Positions 21,892-31,173 of a stretch of DNA of 64,000 nt are shown piece by piece. The notes under the pieces were generated by a model. The model was given only the letters and a program-made list of their open reading frames with translations. It had not been told where the DNA came from and ran no database searches. A program made the position numbers and the translations under genes. Every line of letters begins with the position of its first letter. Within the stretch, counting starts at the first letter, position 1. The stretch spans positions 2,982-66,981 of the forward strand of contig JBEVWG010000066.1 in assembly GCA_040506705.1 (NCBI GenBank), given 5' to 3'. This DNA is from Candidatus Thiodiazotropha sp. 6PLUC1. GTDB lineage: Bacteria; Pseudomonadota; Gammaproteobacteria; Chromatiales; Chromatiaceae.

Positions 21892-23754
21892 ATGTCAAAC
21901 AACCTAGCCACAGCCCTTAAAAAGCTCAATCAGGGTAAATTGTCGGAAGCGAGCAAATTACTCTCCCGAGTATTAAAAAAAGAGCCTAATAATGCTCAAG
22001 CACAATATCAACTCGGCAGCTGTCTGTTGCGCCAAGATCGGATTCAGGAAGCGATCACTCATCTCCAGCAGGTCATTGCAGGCGGCAACCCAGAACCTTG
22101 CATCTATTTTCTGATCGGGGTCGCATTGGAAAAAACGGGACAGTTCCTGGATGCAGAGAAATCCTATGAACTGGCTGAGCGAATGGGATGCAGAGAGAAC
22201 CTAATGTACTACATGATTGGCAGTTTCAACGCCAATATCAAAAAGGACTTCTCTAAAGCCGAGATCTATTTTGCAAAAACCATTAGCAACAATCCTGAAA
22301 CCTATGTCGCCTATCTGGCACTGAGCAAACTCTATAACGACCAATGTCGATATGAAGAGGCCCTGCAGGCTTTGGACTACTGTTTAACCCATGGCTATGA
22401 GACTGTAGAGGTGTATGTCAACCTGGGCCATGCCCTTTCACATCAGGGGCGCCAGGAGGAGGCTCTGGCATGTTGCAAAAAATCAGTTGAAATCGAACCT
22501 GATCATGCCGTGGCAAAGCAGAATTATCTGGTACAGCTGCTATTCTCAAATGATGAAGAAAGCGCCATCTATCCTGAAATACGAAAAGCCACTGAATTTC
22601 TCAATCTACACTCAAAGAAGAGATATGATGGAAAGATAGATTGCCTGCCTGGCCGAAAACTCAATCTAGGCTTTGTATCCGCAGACTTCCGAGTACATGT
22701 CATAACCAACTATTTCATGCCTATTCTGAGAAATTTAAATAGATCTAAGTTTTCCGTCTACTTATATTTAAACAATGCTAGTGAAGACCAGATATCCAAT
22801 TCATACAGGGAATTATCTGATTTCTGGTGCAACTGTTACCATCTAAGCGACAAGCAGTTAGAGAACAAGATTATTTCCGACAAAATCGACATCTTGATCG
22901 ACTTATCAAACAACACAGCTGGCAATCGCTTGTCGGCTTTTTTGAACAGGCCAGCTCCGATGCAAGTCTCAATGATGGGGCTACCAATGTCGACTGGGCT
23001 GGATTGCATGGATTTTGCATTGAGAGATCAATATACCGCAGAAAAATGTAATCTTGGCAAATACTCATCCGAAACAATTCTGCCTATTAAAAACATCTCT
23101 TACTTTGATCCTTTGATTGAACTACCATCAATTTCAGAGCCGCCCTGTATAACAAATGGCTATATCACGTTCGGCTCATTTAATGGATTAAGAAAAATAG
23201 ACAAAAGTCTCATGGAGGTCTGGGCCAAGCTGCTGCATGCTCTCCCGGGCTCCATGATCAGACTAATGACTGATGACCATAGCAATGCCTTCATGAGAGA
23301 TTACTTATACGATATTTTCGCAACCTTTGATGTAGATAACTCCCGTGTGATATTACAATCCAGACTACCCATGCAAGAATTTCTGGCCTCACACAATCAA
23401 GTAGACATTGCCTTGGATGCCTATCCTTATCATGGAGAAAGCACCTCTTATCACTCATTATTCATGGGGCTGCCCCTTGTTTCCCGCTCTGGCAATTCCA
23501 TCGCATCGAATGTCTCAAATAGAATTCTGTCTGCCATCAGCAAAGAGAGTTGGATTGCCAATAATTTTGATGAATATATCGATATCGCTTTAAACCTCGC
23601 TGCAGATGTGGATTCACTCGTTGCAAACCGTAAATCTCTTCGTAAAGAGATAGAGAGCTCATCCCTGATGAATTTTAAACAAGTTACAGAGGATGTAGAG
23701 TCCGCCTTGCTGTCAGGTTGGAGCAGCTTGTACGGCAATCAGCACCACGAATAG
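21892..23754 (+). CDS. TPR-repeat protein fused to a GT41 (O-GlcNAc-transferase/SPINDLY-like) glycosyltransferase domain; candidate flagellin glycosyltransferase
   Basis: About 220 aa of N-terminal TPR repeats. The C-terminal region carries GT41-like blocks (LNLGFVSADFRVHV..., ITFGSFNGLRKIDKSLMEVWAKLL...). First gene of a tight operon beside the flagellin locus. Confidence 0.8.
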   Translation: MSNNLATALKKLNQGKLSEASKLLSRVLKKEPNNAQAQYQLGSCLLRQDRIQEAITHLQQVIAGGNPEPCIYFLIGVALEKTGQFLDAEKSYELAERMGCRENLMYYMIGSFNANIKKDFSKAEIYFAKTISNNPETYVAYLALSKLYNDQCRYEEALQALDYCLTHGYETVEVYVNLGHALSHQGRQEEALACCKKSVEIEPDHAVAKQNYLVQLLFSNDEESAIYPEIRKATEFLNLHSKKRYDGKIDCLPGRKLNLGFVSADFRVHVITNYFMPILRNLNRSKFSVYLYLNNASEDQISNSYRELSDFWCNCYHLSDKQLENKIISDKIDILIDLSNNTAGNRLSAFLNRPAPMQVSMMGLPMSTGLDCMDFALRDQYTAEKCNLGKYSSETILPIKNISYFDPLIELPSISEPPCITNGYITFGSFNGLRKIDKSLMEVWAKLLHALPGSMIRLMTDDHSNAFMRDYLYDIFATFDVDNSRVILQSRLPMQEFLASHNQVDIALDAYPYHGESTSYHSLFMGLPLVSRSGNSIASNVSNRILSAISKESWIANNFDEYIDIALNLAADVDSLVANRKSLRKEIESSSLMNFKQVTEDVESALLSGWSSLYGNQHHE

Positions 23755-23777
23755 CTAAAGGCAGTGGAGTACAAGTC

Positions 23778-24890
23778 ATGAGCCAAACCTATGTCACTCG
23801 TCCCTCACTTCCTCCACTTGATGAGTTTGTGACACTCCTGGAACAGATATGGTCAACCAGGCAACTCACCAATAACGGCCCCTTCCACCAGGCATTTGAG
23901 TCTGCATTGGCTGACTACCTGGGAGTACCCTATGTCTCCCTGTTTTGCAACGGAATGATGGCCCTTCAGGTGGGGTTACAGACGCTGAAGATCACAGGTG
24001 AAGTCATCACATCACCCTACACCTTTCCTGCGACAACCCATGCAATTTATTGGAATCACTGTACACCTGTCTTCTGCGACACTGACCAGGATACATGCAA
24101 CCTGGATCCAGAAAAAATCGAGTCACTCATCACCCCGAAGACAACCTGCATCATGCCTGTTCATATTTATGGTAACCCTTGCAGCATCGATCAGATTCAG
24201 CGTATCGCTGACACTTACGGACTGAAGGTATTATATGATGCCGCACATGCATTTGGGGCCAAACATAATGGAGCTTCGCTATGTAGTTTTGGTGATCTTT
24301 CAATGCTCAGCTTTCACGCAACAAAGGTGTTTAACACGATCGAGGGTGGGGCTCTTATCACCCATGATGAGAAGTTAAAGAGACGAGTTGACTATCTCAA
24401 GAACTTTGGATTTGCCAATGAAACCACAGTTGTTGCACCGGGTAGCAATGGCAAGATGAATGAAGTCCAGTCAGCCCTTGGTTTACTTCAGTTGAAATAT
24501 ATTGATGCAGAAATCGAGAAGCGTGTTCACCTGATTCGGTTGTATCGGGAACAACTTGCCGGCATTCCAGGAATCCGCATGCTTGATTGTGGAGCATCGA
24601 ATGGTGCCTATTGCCCTATCTTTGTAGAGGAGCCTGTGTATGGAAAAAGTAGAGACCAACTTTACCAAGCTCTAAAAGAGTCATCTATTCACGGTCGCCG
24701 CTATTTCTATCCACTTACCAGTCAACTCCCATCCTACAGAGGACTACCCTCTTCATCCCCTGAGCGCCTTCCCAATGCCACTGCTGCAGCAGAGAAAGTG
24801 ATTTGCCTTCCTCTTTATGCCAGCCTTGACCCAGAGATGGTTGGGCATATTGCAAATATAATTAAAAAAGCACAGCGGATTCCAGAATAG
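23778..24890 (+). CDS. DegT/DnrJ/EryC1/StrS-family sugar aminotransferase
   Basis: PLP-lysine motif SFHATK and the family-typical N-terminus. I chose the ATG at 23778, 23 nt after the upstream stop. The tracked ORF begins at a TTG inside the upstream gene. Confidence 0.88.
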   Translation: MSQTYVTRPSLPPLDEFVTLLEQIWSTRQLTNNGPFHQAFESALADYLGVPYVSLFCNGMMALQVGLQTLKITGEVITSPYTFPATTHAIYWNHCTPVFCDTDQDTCNLDPEKIESLITPKTTCIMPVHIYGNPCSIDQIQRIADTYGLKVLYDAAHAFGAKHNGASLCSFGDLSMLSFHATKVFNTIEGGALITHDEKLKRRVDYLKNFGFANETTVVAPGSNGKMNEVQSALGLLQLKYIDAEIEKRVHLIRLYREQLAGIPGIRMLDCGASNGAYCPIFVEEPVYGKSRDQLYQALKESSIHGRRYFYPLTSQLPSYRGLPSSSPERLPNATAAAEKVICLPLYASLDPEMVGHIANIIKKAQRIPE

Positions 24891-24891
24891 T

Positions 24892-26046
24892 ATGAAGAAA
24901 ACGCTTCTGGTTGATACTAACCGCGCTGCTGTACCTATCTATCATGCTTTGTGCGAGATGGGGCATGAGGTATGGGTAGTCGGGGGAAAGCCAGCAGAGA
25001 CATTAGCTAAGCTGGCGTCAAATTATCTGCAACTTGACTATTCAGATACTCAACGCCTTACTGCTATTGTGAAAGAGAAGGCCTTTGACTACCTTGTGCC
25101 AGGCTGTACTGATCTCTCCTATAAGGTCTGTGCAGAGATCAATCAGGCACGCTTCCCCGGCATCGATACTCCAACCAATAATTCTATCATAAATAATAAG
25201 AGCAAGTTCCGTAAAGTCGCTGACGACTTAGGCTTGCCTGTGCCGCGCATTCTATCGCCAGGGCAAGCTTCTGAAGTTGAAGCTGTCATTGTCAAGCCTG
25301 AGGACTCATTCAGCGGACAGGGAATGACAGTACTGACAAGTACGACTTCCAGTAAACTTGACAGTGCTGTTAAGACTGCGCGAGCAGCATCCAGAAGCGA
25401 GGGAGTAATTATTGAGGAGTACATTACTGGACAACTATTCAGCCACTCGGGATTTATCCAGAACGGCGAAGTAGTAGCGGACTTTATTGTGCAGGAAGAG
25501 TGCACAATCAATCCCTTCACTGTAGATACAAGTCGGGTAGTCGAAGAGTTTTCCGAGGAAATGCTCAAATCAATACGCCAAGACCTATGCCGACTAGCGT
25601 CAGCTTTAGCACTAACAGATGGCTTGATACATACACAGTTTATTGTCTGCGGGAATCGTTATTGGATCTTAGAGGTAACCAGACGCTGCCCGGGAGATAT
25701 CTATTCTTTGCTGATAGAGTATTCAACTGGTTACCCCTATGCTGAAAACTATGTTGCGCCATTCATTGGCAAAAAGCCACAGCCCAGGAAAGAGCGTGAA
25801 ATCATTGAGAGAATCACACGCCACACAGTCACCTCTAAGAAGGGAGAGTCACTTTGGGGTTATCAATTCTCTGTGCCGGTTGATATTCGTTTATTTGTAC
25901 CCCTTGCCACATCCGGAGACTACATTGACTCCAGTCCTTACGGTAGAGCTGGAATATTTTTCTTTCGTTCTTCAAGCATTAATGAGCAACAGAGGCTCTA
26001 TCAGACTATTCTGGACGGAGATCTCTATTCAGTCAGTTACGACTAA
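24892..26046 (+). CDS. ATP-grasp domain protein (carboxylate-amine ligase-like)
   Basis: 384 aa with ATP-grasp architecture by eye (KSKFRKVADDLGLPVP..., VIVKPEDSFSGQGM..., ILEVTRRCPGD). Starts 1 nt after the aminotransferase stop. Confidence 0.75.
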   Translation: MKKTLLVDTNRAAVPIYHALCEMGHEVWVVGGKPAETLAKLASNYLQLDYSDTQRLTAIVKEKAFDYLVPGCTDLSYKVCAEINQARFPGIDTPTNNSIINNKSKFRKVADDLGLPVPRILSPGQASEVEAVIVKPEDSFSGQGMTVLTSTTSSKLDSAVKTARAASRSEGVIIEEYITGQLFSHSGFIQNGEVVADFIVQEECTINPFTVDTSRVVEEFSEEMLKSIRQDLCRLASALALTDGLIHTQFIVCGNRYWILEVTRRCPGDIYSLLIEYSTGYPYAENYVAPFIGKKPQPRKEREIIERITRHTVTSKKGESLWGYQFSVPVDIRLFVPLATSGDYIDSSPYGRAGIFFFRSSSINEQQRLYQTILDGDLYSVSYD

Positions 26047-26061
26047 CTTTAGGAGTCGGGA

Positions 26062-27231
26062 ATGCCCTCTTCACCCCTTGCATTAGGATTCATTGGCGGC
26101 GCCCTGGACTCTGCTGTCGGTTATACCCATTTTTCAGCGTGTAACTTGGATAACCACTGGTATCTGCTTGCTGGCGCCTTTAGTCAGAATCCCCAAATAA
26201 ACCGTGAAACAGCCAAAGTCTATGGTGTCTCTGGTGACCGCGTTTATGATGACTGGAAGCATATGCTTGCCAAGGAGAAGGATCAACTGGATGCAGTTAC
26301 GATCCTTACACCAACACCTTCACACTATCAGATAGTATCTGAATGCCTGGCGCAAGGCGTACCTGTGATCTGCGAAAAAGCCCTCGGGACATCCAGTGCT
26401 GAGATAGAGGCGATCATACAAGCTCGCAATACCCATAAAGGCTTTCTAGCCATCACTTATAACTATTCCGGTTATCCTATGGCGCGCGAGTTGAGGTCGT
26501 TGATCCAAAGCGGCGTACTCGGCGAGATCCTCCATTTTCAGGCAGAAATGCCTCAGGAGGGGTATCGGAGAGTTGATTCACATGGGAACAAACCTCAACC
26601 ACAGGAGTGGCGTCTCCATGATGGCAACATCCCTATTATCTATTTAGATCTGGCGGTTCATTTGCATCAGTTGATCCACTACTTTACTGATCAGCATCCA
26701 CTTGAAGTCGTTGCTGACCATTCCACATGTGGCTGGTTCAATGTTATCGATAATGTGAGTTGCCTTTGCAGATACTCAAAAAACATTCTTGGGCAGATGT
26801 GGTTCAGTAAATCAGCCCTTGGTCACCGAAACGGGTTGCGAATTCGGATCTATGGAAGCGAAGCCTCGGCTGAGTGGTTACAGTCCAACCCTGAGGAGCT
26901 GCTTCTCTGTTTCGCAGATGGCAGAAGGCAGGTTCTGGATCGCGGCAACGACACTCAAGTGGCTGGATCGACACGCTATACTCGATTTAAAGCCGGACAC
27001 CCAACAGGTTTTATCGAAGCATTTGCCAATCTGTATATGGATATTGGACAGAGTCTGCAAGCGTATAAGATGACTGGAATCTGGCCATCAGATGAAGTAT
27101 TCAGTGCCGAACTGGCATTGGAGGGAATAAACATGCTTGAAGCGATGGTGAAGTCAACCAAGATCGGCAAGTGGACAGCTGTATGTGACGCCTCAAGTGA
27201 CGATACCTACACCAAACAGGGACAGATATGA
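26062..27231 (+). CDS. Gfo/Idh/MocA-family oxidoreductase
   Basis: N-terminal Rossmann fold (LGFIGGALDSAVG) and the family motif CEKAL. 389 aa. Confidence 0.85.
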   Translation: MPSSPLALGFIGGALDSAVGYTHFSACNLDNHWYLLAGAFSQNPQINRETAKVYGVSGDRVYDDWKHMLAKEKDQLDAVTILTPTPSHYQIVSECLAQGVPVICEKALGTSSAEIEAIIQARNTHKGFLAITYNYSGYPMARELRSLIQSGVLGEILHFQAEMPQEGYRRVDSHGNKPQPQEWRLHDGNIPIIYLDLAVHLHQLIHYFTDQHPLEVVADHSTCGWFNVIDNVSCLCRYSKNILGQMWFSKSALGHRNGLRIRIYGSEASAEWLQSNPEELLLCFADGRRQVLDRGNDTQVAGSTRYTRFKAGHPTGFIEAFANLYMDIGQSLQAYKMTGIWPSDEVFSAELALEGINMLEAMVKSTKIGKWTAVCDASSDDTYTKQGQI

Positions 27232-27363
27232 TGGCGACACAACGGAACAAATCTGTAAACCCTAACCATGATACAAACATTAGACTTAGCTTGAATCTAC
27301 TGCGGAAAAGTCATTTTGGCCAGATTGCACGATTAAATTTGTTAAATTGACTATCTAAGCTGA

Positions 27364-28452
27364 CTAATTTGGCACAAAAAACATGACTGTTTCAGTGACC
27401 CCTTCAGTATAGTGACGCAGATACACAGCGTAGTCATCTCTATAAGAAAGAACATGTTCAGGAACCAACCAGAAATCATCACCCTTATGGTATACACATA
27501 TCGCCAGTACAGGATGACTATCTAATATCGTATTAACTGAGCCATCAAGGGCACTATTTTCCGCGCCTTCTATATCCATTTTTATAAAATGAACAGGCTC
27601 TCTCACTATGTTATCAAGCCTGTCAATATTAATAAGGCACTCCCCTGCCCCATCAATTCTTGAAGCTGGCCCATCAACCGAGAACCTTAGCGATCCAGCT
27701 CTATCTGACAAGCCAATCATGTGATAATTTATCTTCTCAAAGGTCTTAAGTTTTTCTTTCGCCTTTTCTATATTACTCTTTTCAGGCTCAAATATATGGA
27801 CAGACTTATAGTCAGGATAGCGTCGAATAAACTCTAAACTTGTATACCCATCATACCCGCCAACATCAACAAATGTTTGTTTGCCTTCAGGAAAACGAAG
27901 AAACTCTTCAAAATACTGCAGATGCGGACAGTCAGTGAAATCACTCATATATTCTAGATTACCAGTTCTTCGAAAAGCAATTAGGTTATCAAATATAGTT
28001 TTTGATGTAGTGTCAGCAAGAATATTTCTTACCCAGTCATATTTCTCGGTATTTCGAATATAATCATCATTGAAACCGTCCCACATCGTGACCGGTAATA
28101 TCTCAAGCCCAGAAAACCTTCTAAATAAGAAGTAATCGAGATTTTCTATTCCTAATCTATCAAGCTTCTTTGATACGGTGAGCGGTTTACTAAGAACCAC
28201 TGCAGACACAACCAATGCATCAGATGGTATATTCTCAGTCTTATATACAGGCTTACCCAGATATGTGATATCACCAGAATAATCATTAACAAACCCATCT
28301 ATATCAATGCTGCCTGCAATACTTCGTGCATATTCATTTGTTCCAAACACAATACGAGGTCTTCTTGAAAATTTTGTAAATTGATTACAAAATTCTTTAG
28401 CATGTGCATAGCGATTTTCTGAATCAAGAATACTCATGGCTAAGCAGTTCAC
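27364..28452 (-). CDS. FkbM-family SAM-dependent methyltransferase with an N-terminal extra domain
   Basis: C-terminal FkbM-type methyltransferase (VDVGGYDGYTSLEF...) after about 180 aa of unassigned N-terminal sequence. Markedly AT-rich. Lies 74 nt downstream of fliT on the same strand. Confidence 0.78.
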   Translation of the reverse strand: MNCLAMSILDSENRYAHAKEFCNQFTKFSRRPRIVFGTNEYARSIAGSIDIDGFVNDYSGDITYLGKPVYKTENIPSDALVVSAVVLSKPLTVSKKLDRLGIENLDYFLFRRFSGLEILPVTMWDGFNDDYIRNTEKYDWVRNILADTTSKTIFDNLIAFRRTGNLEYMSDFTDCPHLQYFEEFLRFPEGKQTFVDVGGYDGYTSLEFIRRYPDYKSVHIFEPEKSNIEKAKEKLKTFEKINYHMIGLSDRAGSLRFSVDGPASRIDGAGECLINIDRLDNIVREPVHFIKMDIEGAENSALDGSVNTILDSHPVLAICVYHKGDDFWLVPEHVLSYRDDYAVYLRHYTEGVTETVMFFVPN

Positions 28453-28526
28453 CCAGGCATACTACGTGAAAAAAAATTCCCCTGTCATTTTCTCACCTAT
28501 TTGAGATCAATGAACTTTACGGAGTA

Positions 28527-28844
28527 CTAGTCGAAAGACTGCTTGTGGTATGCTGCGATGGCCTCCCGACCTAGTTTGAGAGTCCGGCCCTTTTCCGAAA
28601 CCACACCTCTGGCTTTGGAGCAGATCCTCAAGGCCCGATTATTCAGCCCGACGATTTGCTGAACAATAGCTTCATAGTTTTTAGGATTGGATTTTAGTTC
28701 AGCATCGTTGAATGCCAACTCCAGGACCTGCATTCGCTGGCGATCAAGTTCCTGCATATCAGACCATGCTTCATCCTCAGCCAGTCGGATAATCTCATTG
28801 CTCATCTCGATTGCCAGATCGAGTTTTTCCCTAAGTTCCAGCAT
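28527..28844 (-). CDS. fliT: FliT-like flagellar export chaperone
   Basis: 105-aa all-helical protein directly downstream of fliS. Assigned by size, position and weak sequence resemblance. Confidence 0.6.
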   Translation of the reverse strand: MLELREKLDLAIEMSNEIIRLAEDEAWSDMQELDRQRMQVLELAFNDAELKSNPKNYEAIVQQIVGLNNRALRICSKARGVVSEKGRTLKLGREAIAAYHKQSFD

Positions 28845-28859
28845 AATCGGCTTTGCAGA

Positions 28860-29285
28860 TTACAGATTCTTTACACTTTCCTTAATATTCTCGGCCTTTT
28901 GAATCACTTCCGGCATGGCATCCCAAGCGGTCTTGACCTCTTTTAATAGTGAAGTCACTTCATCCAGAGCCTCAACATCCTGCTCCACATTCGCTGTAAA
29001 AAGCCTTCTTATCATATAGTCGTAGAGCATATCCAGATTGGTGGCAATCTCTCCACCCTGTTCGAAATCCAAAGCACCGCGCAAGGCATCTATAACTGAA
29101 ATAACCCAGTTGATCTCATTATTACGAGCTTCGTGCTCCTTCCGAATTATCGACCCCCTGGCATTCGACATACCGTCGAGTGCGCCGTTCATGAGCATCT
29201 GTACAAGCCGGAACGGTGTTGCATACATTGCCTCAGAGGAGGCGGCCTGACGATAACTGTTAATAGCCGAATTTTTTACCATCAT
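28860..29285 (-). CDS. fliS: Flagellar export chaperone FliS
   Basis: FliS sequence (SYRQA...ATPFRLVQMLMNGAL). I chose the internal ATG at 29285. The tracked ORF has 11 extra N-terminal codons. Confidence 0.92.
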   Translation of the reverse strand: MMVKNSAINSYRQAASSEAMYATPFRLVQMLMNGALDGMSNARGSIIRKEHEARNNEINWVISVIDALRGALDFEQGGEIATNLDMLYDYMIRRLFTANVEQDVEALDEVTSLLKEVKTAWDAMPEVIQKAENIKESVKNL

Positions 29286-29336
29286 TCTACCTTTTGGCAG
29301 CTCATTTATGTTCAACAATTATAACTGTGGTCATTG

Positions 29337-30692
29337 TTAGGAGTTATTTAAAGCCGAAAGCTGATTAGTCAGATAATCACTGGTACTGGTTAATACCGCC
29401 ATAGTCTGATCCAGAGAAGCAAACTGTTGGATCAACATGGCCTCGTAGGTCTCTAAATGTAACTCCTGACGATCAATCTGAGTCTGTAGTGCAGTTTTCT
29501 GATTATTCAGGGTCTCATCCTTGATATCAAGGACACCACCGACATCATTCAACTGATCAGCATAAGCAAAGAAACGGCTGGCATAGCCAGTAGTCTCTTC
29601 CGAGAGTATTTGGGTCACTCTATTAAAGTCATCGGCCAAGGCGGTAGATAATTCAGCACTATCAACAGAAAGAGTGCCATATCTGTCCCGGGTGATACCG
29701 ATCTCAAATAGATAGGCATTTGTACCGTTAAGATCCACTACCTGATTGATGACATCGACAAAGCCCTGACGGACCCTTCGCAGGGTGCTGTCGTTCGCCA
29801 GTGCCCCCTCTTCCAGATCGTCAATCTGAGACAGCAGCGTATTGTATGCATCCACAAATCCGCCAATCTTCTCCTCTATCTGGGTGTTATCCCTAGCTAT
29901 ATTAATAGAGGAAGATCCTTCCGCTGCGAGATTGAGCGTTACCCCAGAGATGGCACCCGTGACGTTATTTGAAGCACTCTCGATAGTAAATCCATCAATG
30001 GTCAGCAACGCATCATCAGCCGTATCCACTTGCTCTGCCAATCCGTCGCCACCTACCCCGATATGAAATAGTCTTGATAACCCATTGGCATCTGTATTAT
30101 TCCCATCATCGCCATCCGCTACACTAACTGTGATGGCATTGGCCAGACCCGACTCCTCACTGGTGAGGATCAATCGGCTGCCACCCTCCTCATTAAGAAT
30201 CGACGCCGTCACACCTGGATTGTCATTTGCACTGTTGATGGCATTACGCAAGTCAGTGAGGGTGTTGTTGGTTCCATCCAGGGTGATATCCATGGTGTTG
30301 CCATCAACTGTTATAGACAAGGTACCAGTACCGACAGCGGTGAGAGCATCTGTATAAGCGGATGAAGCAAGTTTGTCACGACTCGCCAACCGACTGACCA
30401 CAATGTCATAGCTCGAGGGGACTGCTGCCGTATCTGTCGATACCGTAACAACAGCCTCATCAGTCGAGGTGGAAGTAAAGGCGGCAAAACCACTGGAACT
30501 CGTCAACTCTTCCACAGTGGTGCGGAAGGTATCTATAGCACTTTTGACAAGACCGAAATCACTGATCTTCTCATCGAGCGCCTGGTCTCTAGATTGAAGC
30601 GTAGTCAGGGGCTGACTCTCGACCGCCAACAATTGATTGATGATCGAATTCCAGTCAGACCCTGTACTTATGCCAGAAAAACCTATTGTCAT
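29337..30692 (-). CDS. fliD: Flagellar filament capping protein FliD
   Basis: 451 aa with FliD N- and C-terminal conserved regions, in flaG-fliD-fliS order. Confidence 0.93.
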   Translation of the reverse strand: MTIGFSGISTGSDWNSIINQLLAVESQPLTTLQSRDQALDEKISDFGLVKSAIDTFRTTVEELTSSSGFAAFTSTSTDEAVVTVSTDTAAVPSSYDIVVSRLASRDKLASSAYTDALTAVGTGTLSITVDGNTMDITLDGTNNTLTDLRNAINSANDNPGVTASILNEEGGSRLILTSEESGLANAITVSVADGDDGNNTDANGLSRLFHIGVGGDGLAEQVDTADDALLTIDGFTIESASNNVTGAISGVTLNLAAEGSSSINIARDNTQIEEKIGGFVDAYNTLLSQIDDLEEGALANDSTLRRVRQGFVDVINQVVDLNGTNAYLFEIGITRDRYGTLSVDSAELSTALADDFNRVTQILSEETTGYASRFFAYADQLNDVGGVLDIKDETLNNQKTALQTQIDRQELHLETYEAMLIQQFASLDQTMAVLTSTSDYLTNQLSALNNS

Positions 30693-30732
30693 GTCGTTCT
30701 TGCCCCTCTATGCAGGAGAGCAATACCTCTAG

Positions 30733-31110
30733 TTAAACACTGTCATCCAATAACACACCTTGAAGCATCCCTTCCTTAACCTTTTGCACTTGAGATATTA
30801 CATGCAAGATCTGGTCCGAAGGTATCTGTCGAACCACCTCTCCTGTATCGGAGTCGATGACTCGCAGTACCTGTTGCCCGGTATTTCCATCAACACTGAA
30901 TTCCAGATTCCGATCTACGAGTTGGTTCAAATTCTCAACCTTGCTGACCAACTCGGCATTATCAATCGATTGCTGCTCTTTTACAGATTGTTGAGCCTGC
31001 TCTGGATTTGGTGCCGACTTTGTAACACTGACCTTGCTCTCAGTACTGGAAACTTCACGTTTATAGGCGTATTGATTGGCCAAATCTGCGATTACGTTTG
31101 GCATGTTCAT
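30733..31110 (-). CDS. flaG: Flagellar protein FlaG
   Basis: 125 aa with a FlaG C-terminal motif (LEFSVDGNTGQQVLRVIDSDTGEVVRQIP). Located immediately after the flagellin gene. Confidence 0.85.
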   Translation of the reverse strand: MNMPNVIADLANQYAYKREVSSTESKVSVTKSAPNPEQAQQSVKEQQSIDNAELVSKVENLNQLVDRNLEFSVDGNTGQQVLRVIDSDTGEVVRQIPSDQILHVISQVQKVKEGMLQGVLLDDSV

Positions 31111-31142
31111 TACCCTAAGCTAAGTTATTCCAAGTTTAGCAT

Positions 31143-31165
31143 CCAGGGGCGGATCCCGCCCCTGG
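31143..31165 (-). terminator. Strong GC hairpin between fliC and flaG (candidate attenuator/terminator)
   Basis: CCAGGGGCG-gatcc-CGCCCCTGG, starting 9 nt after the fliC stop. No clear T-run follows, so partial read-through into flaG is plausible. Confidence 0.45.
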
Positions 31166-31173
31166 AAACTACC

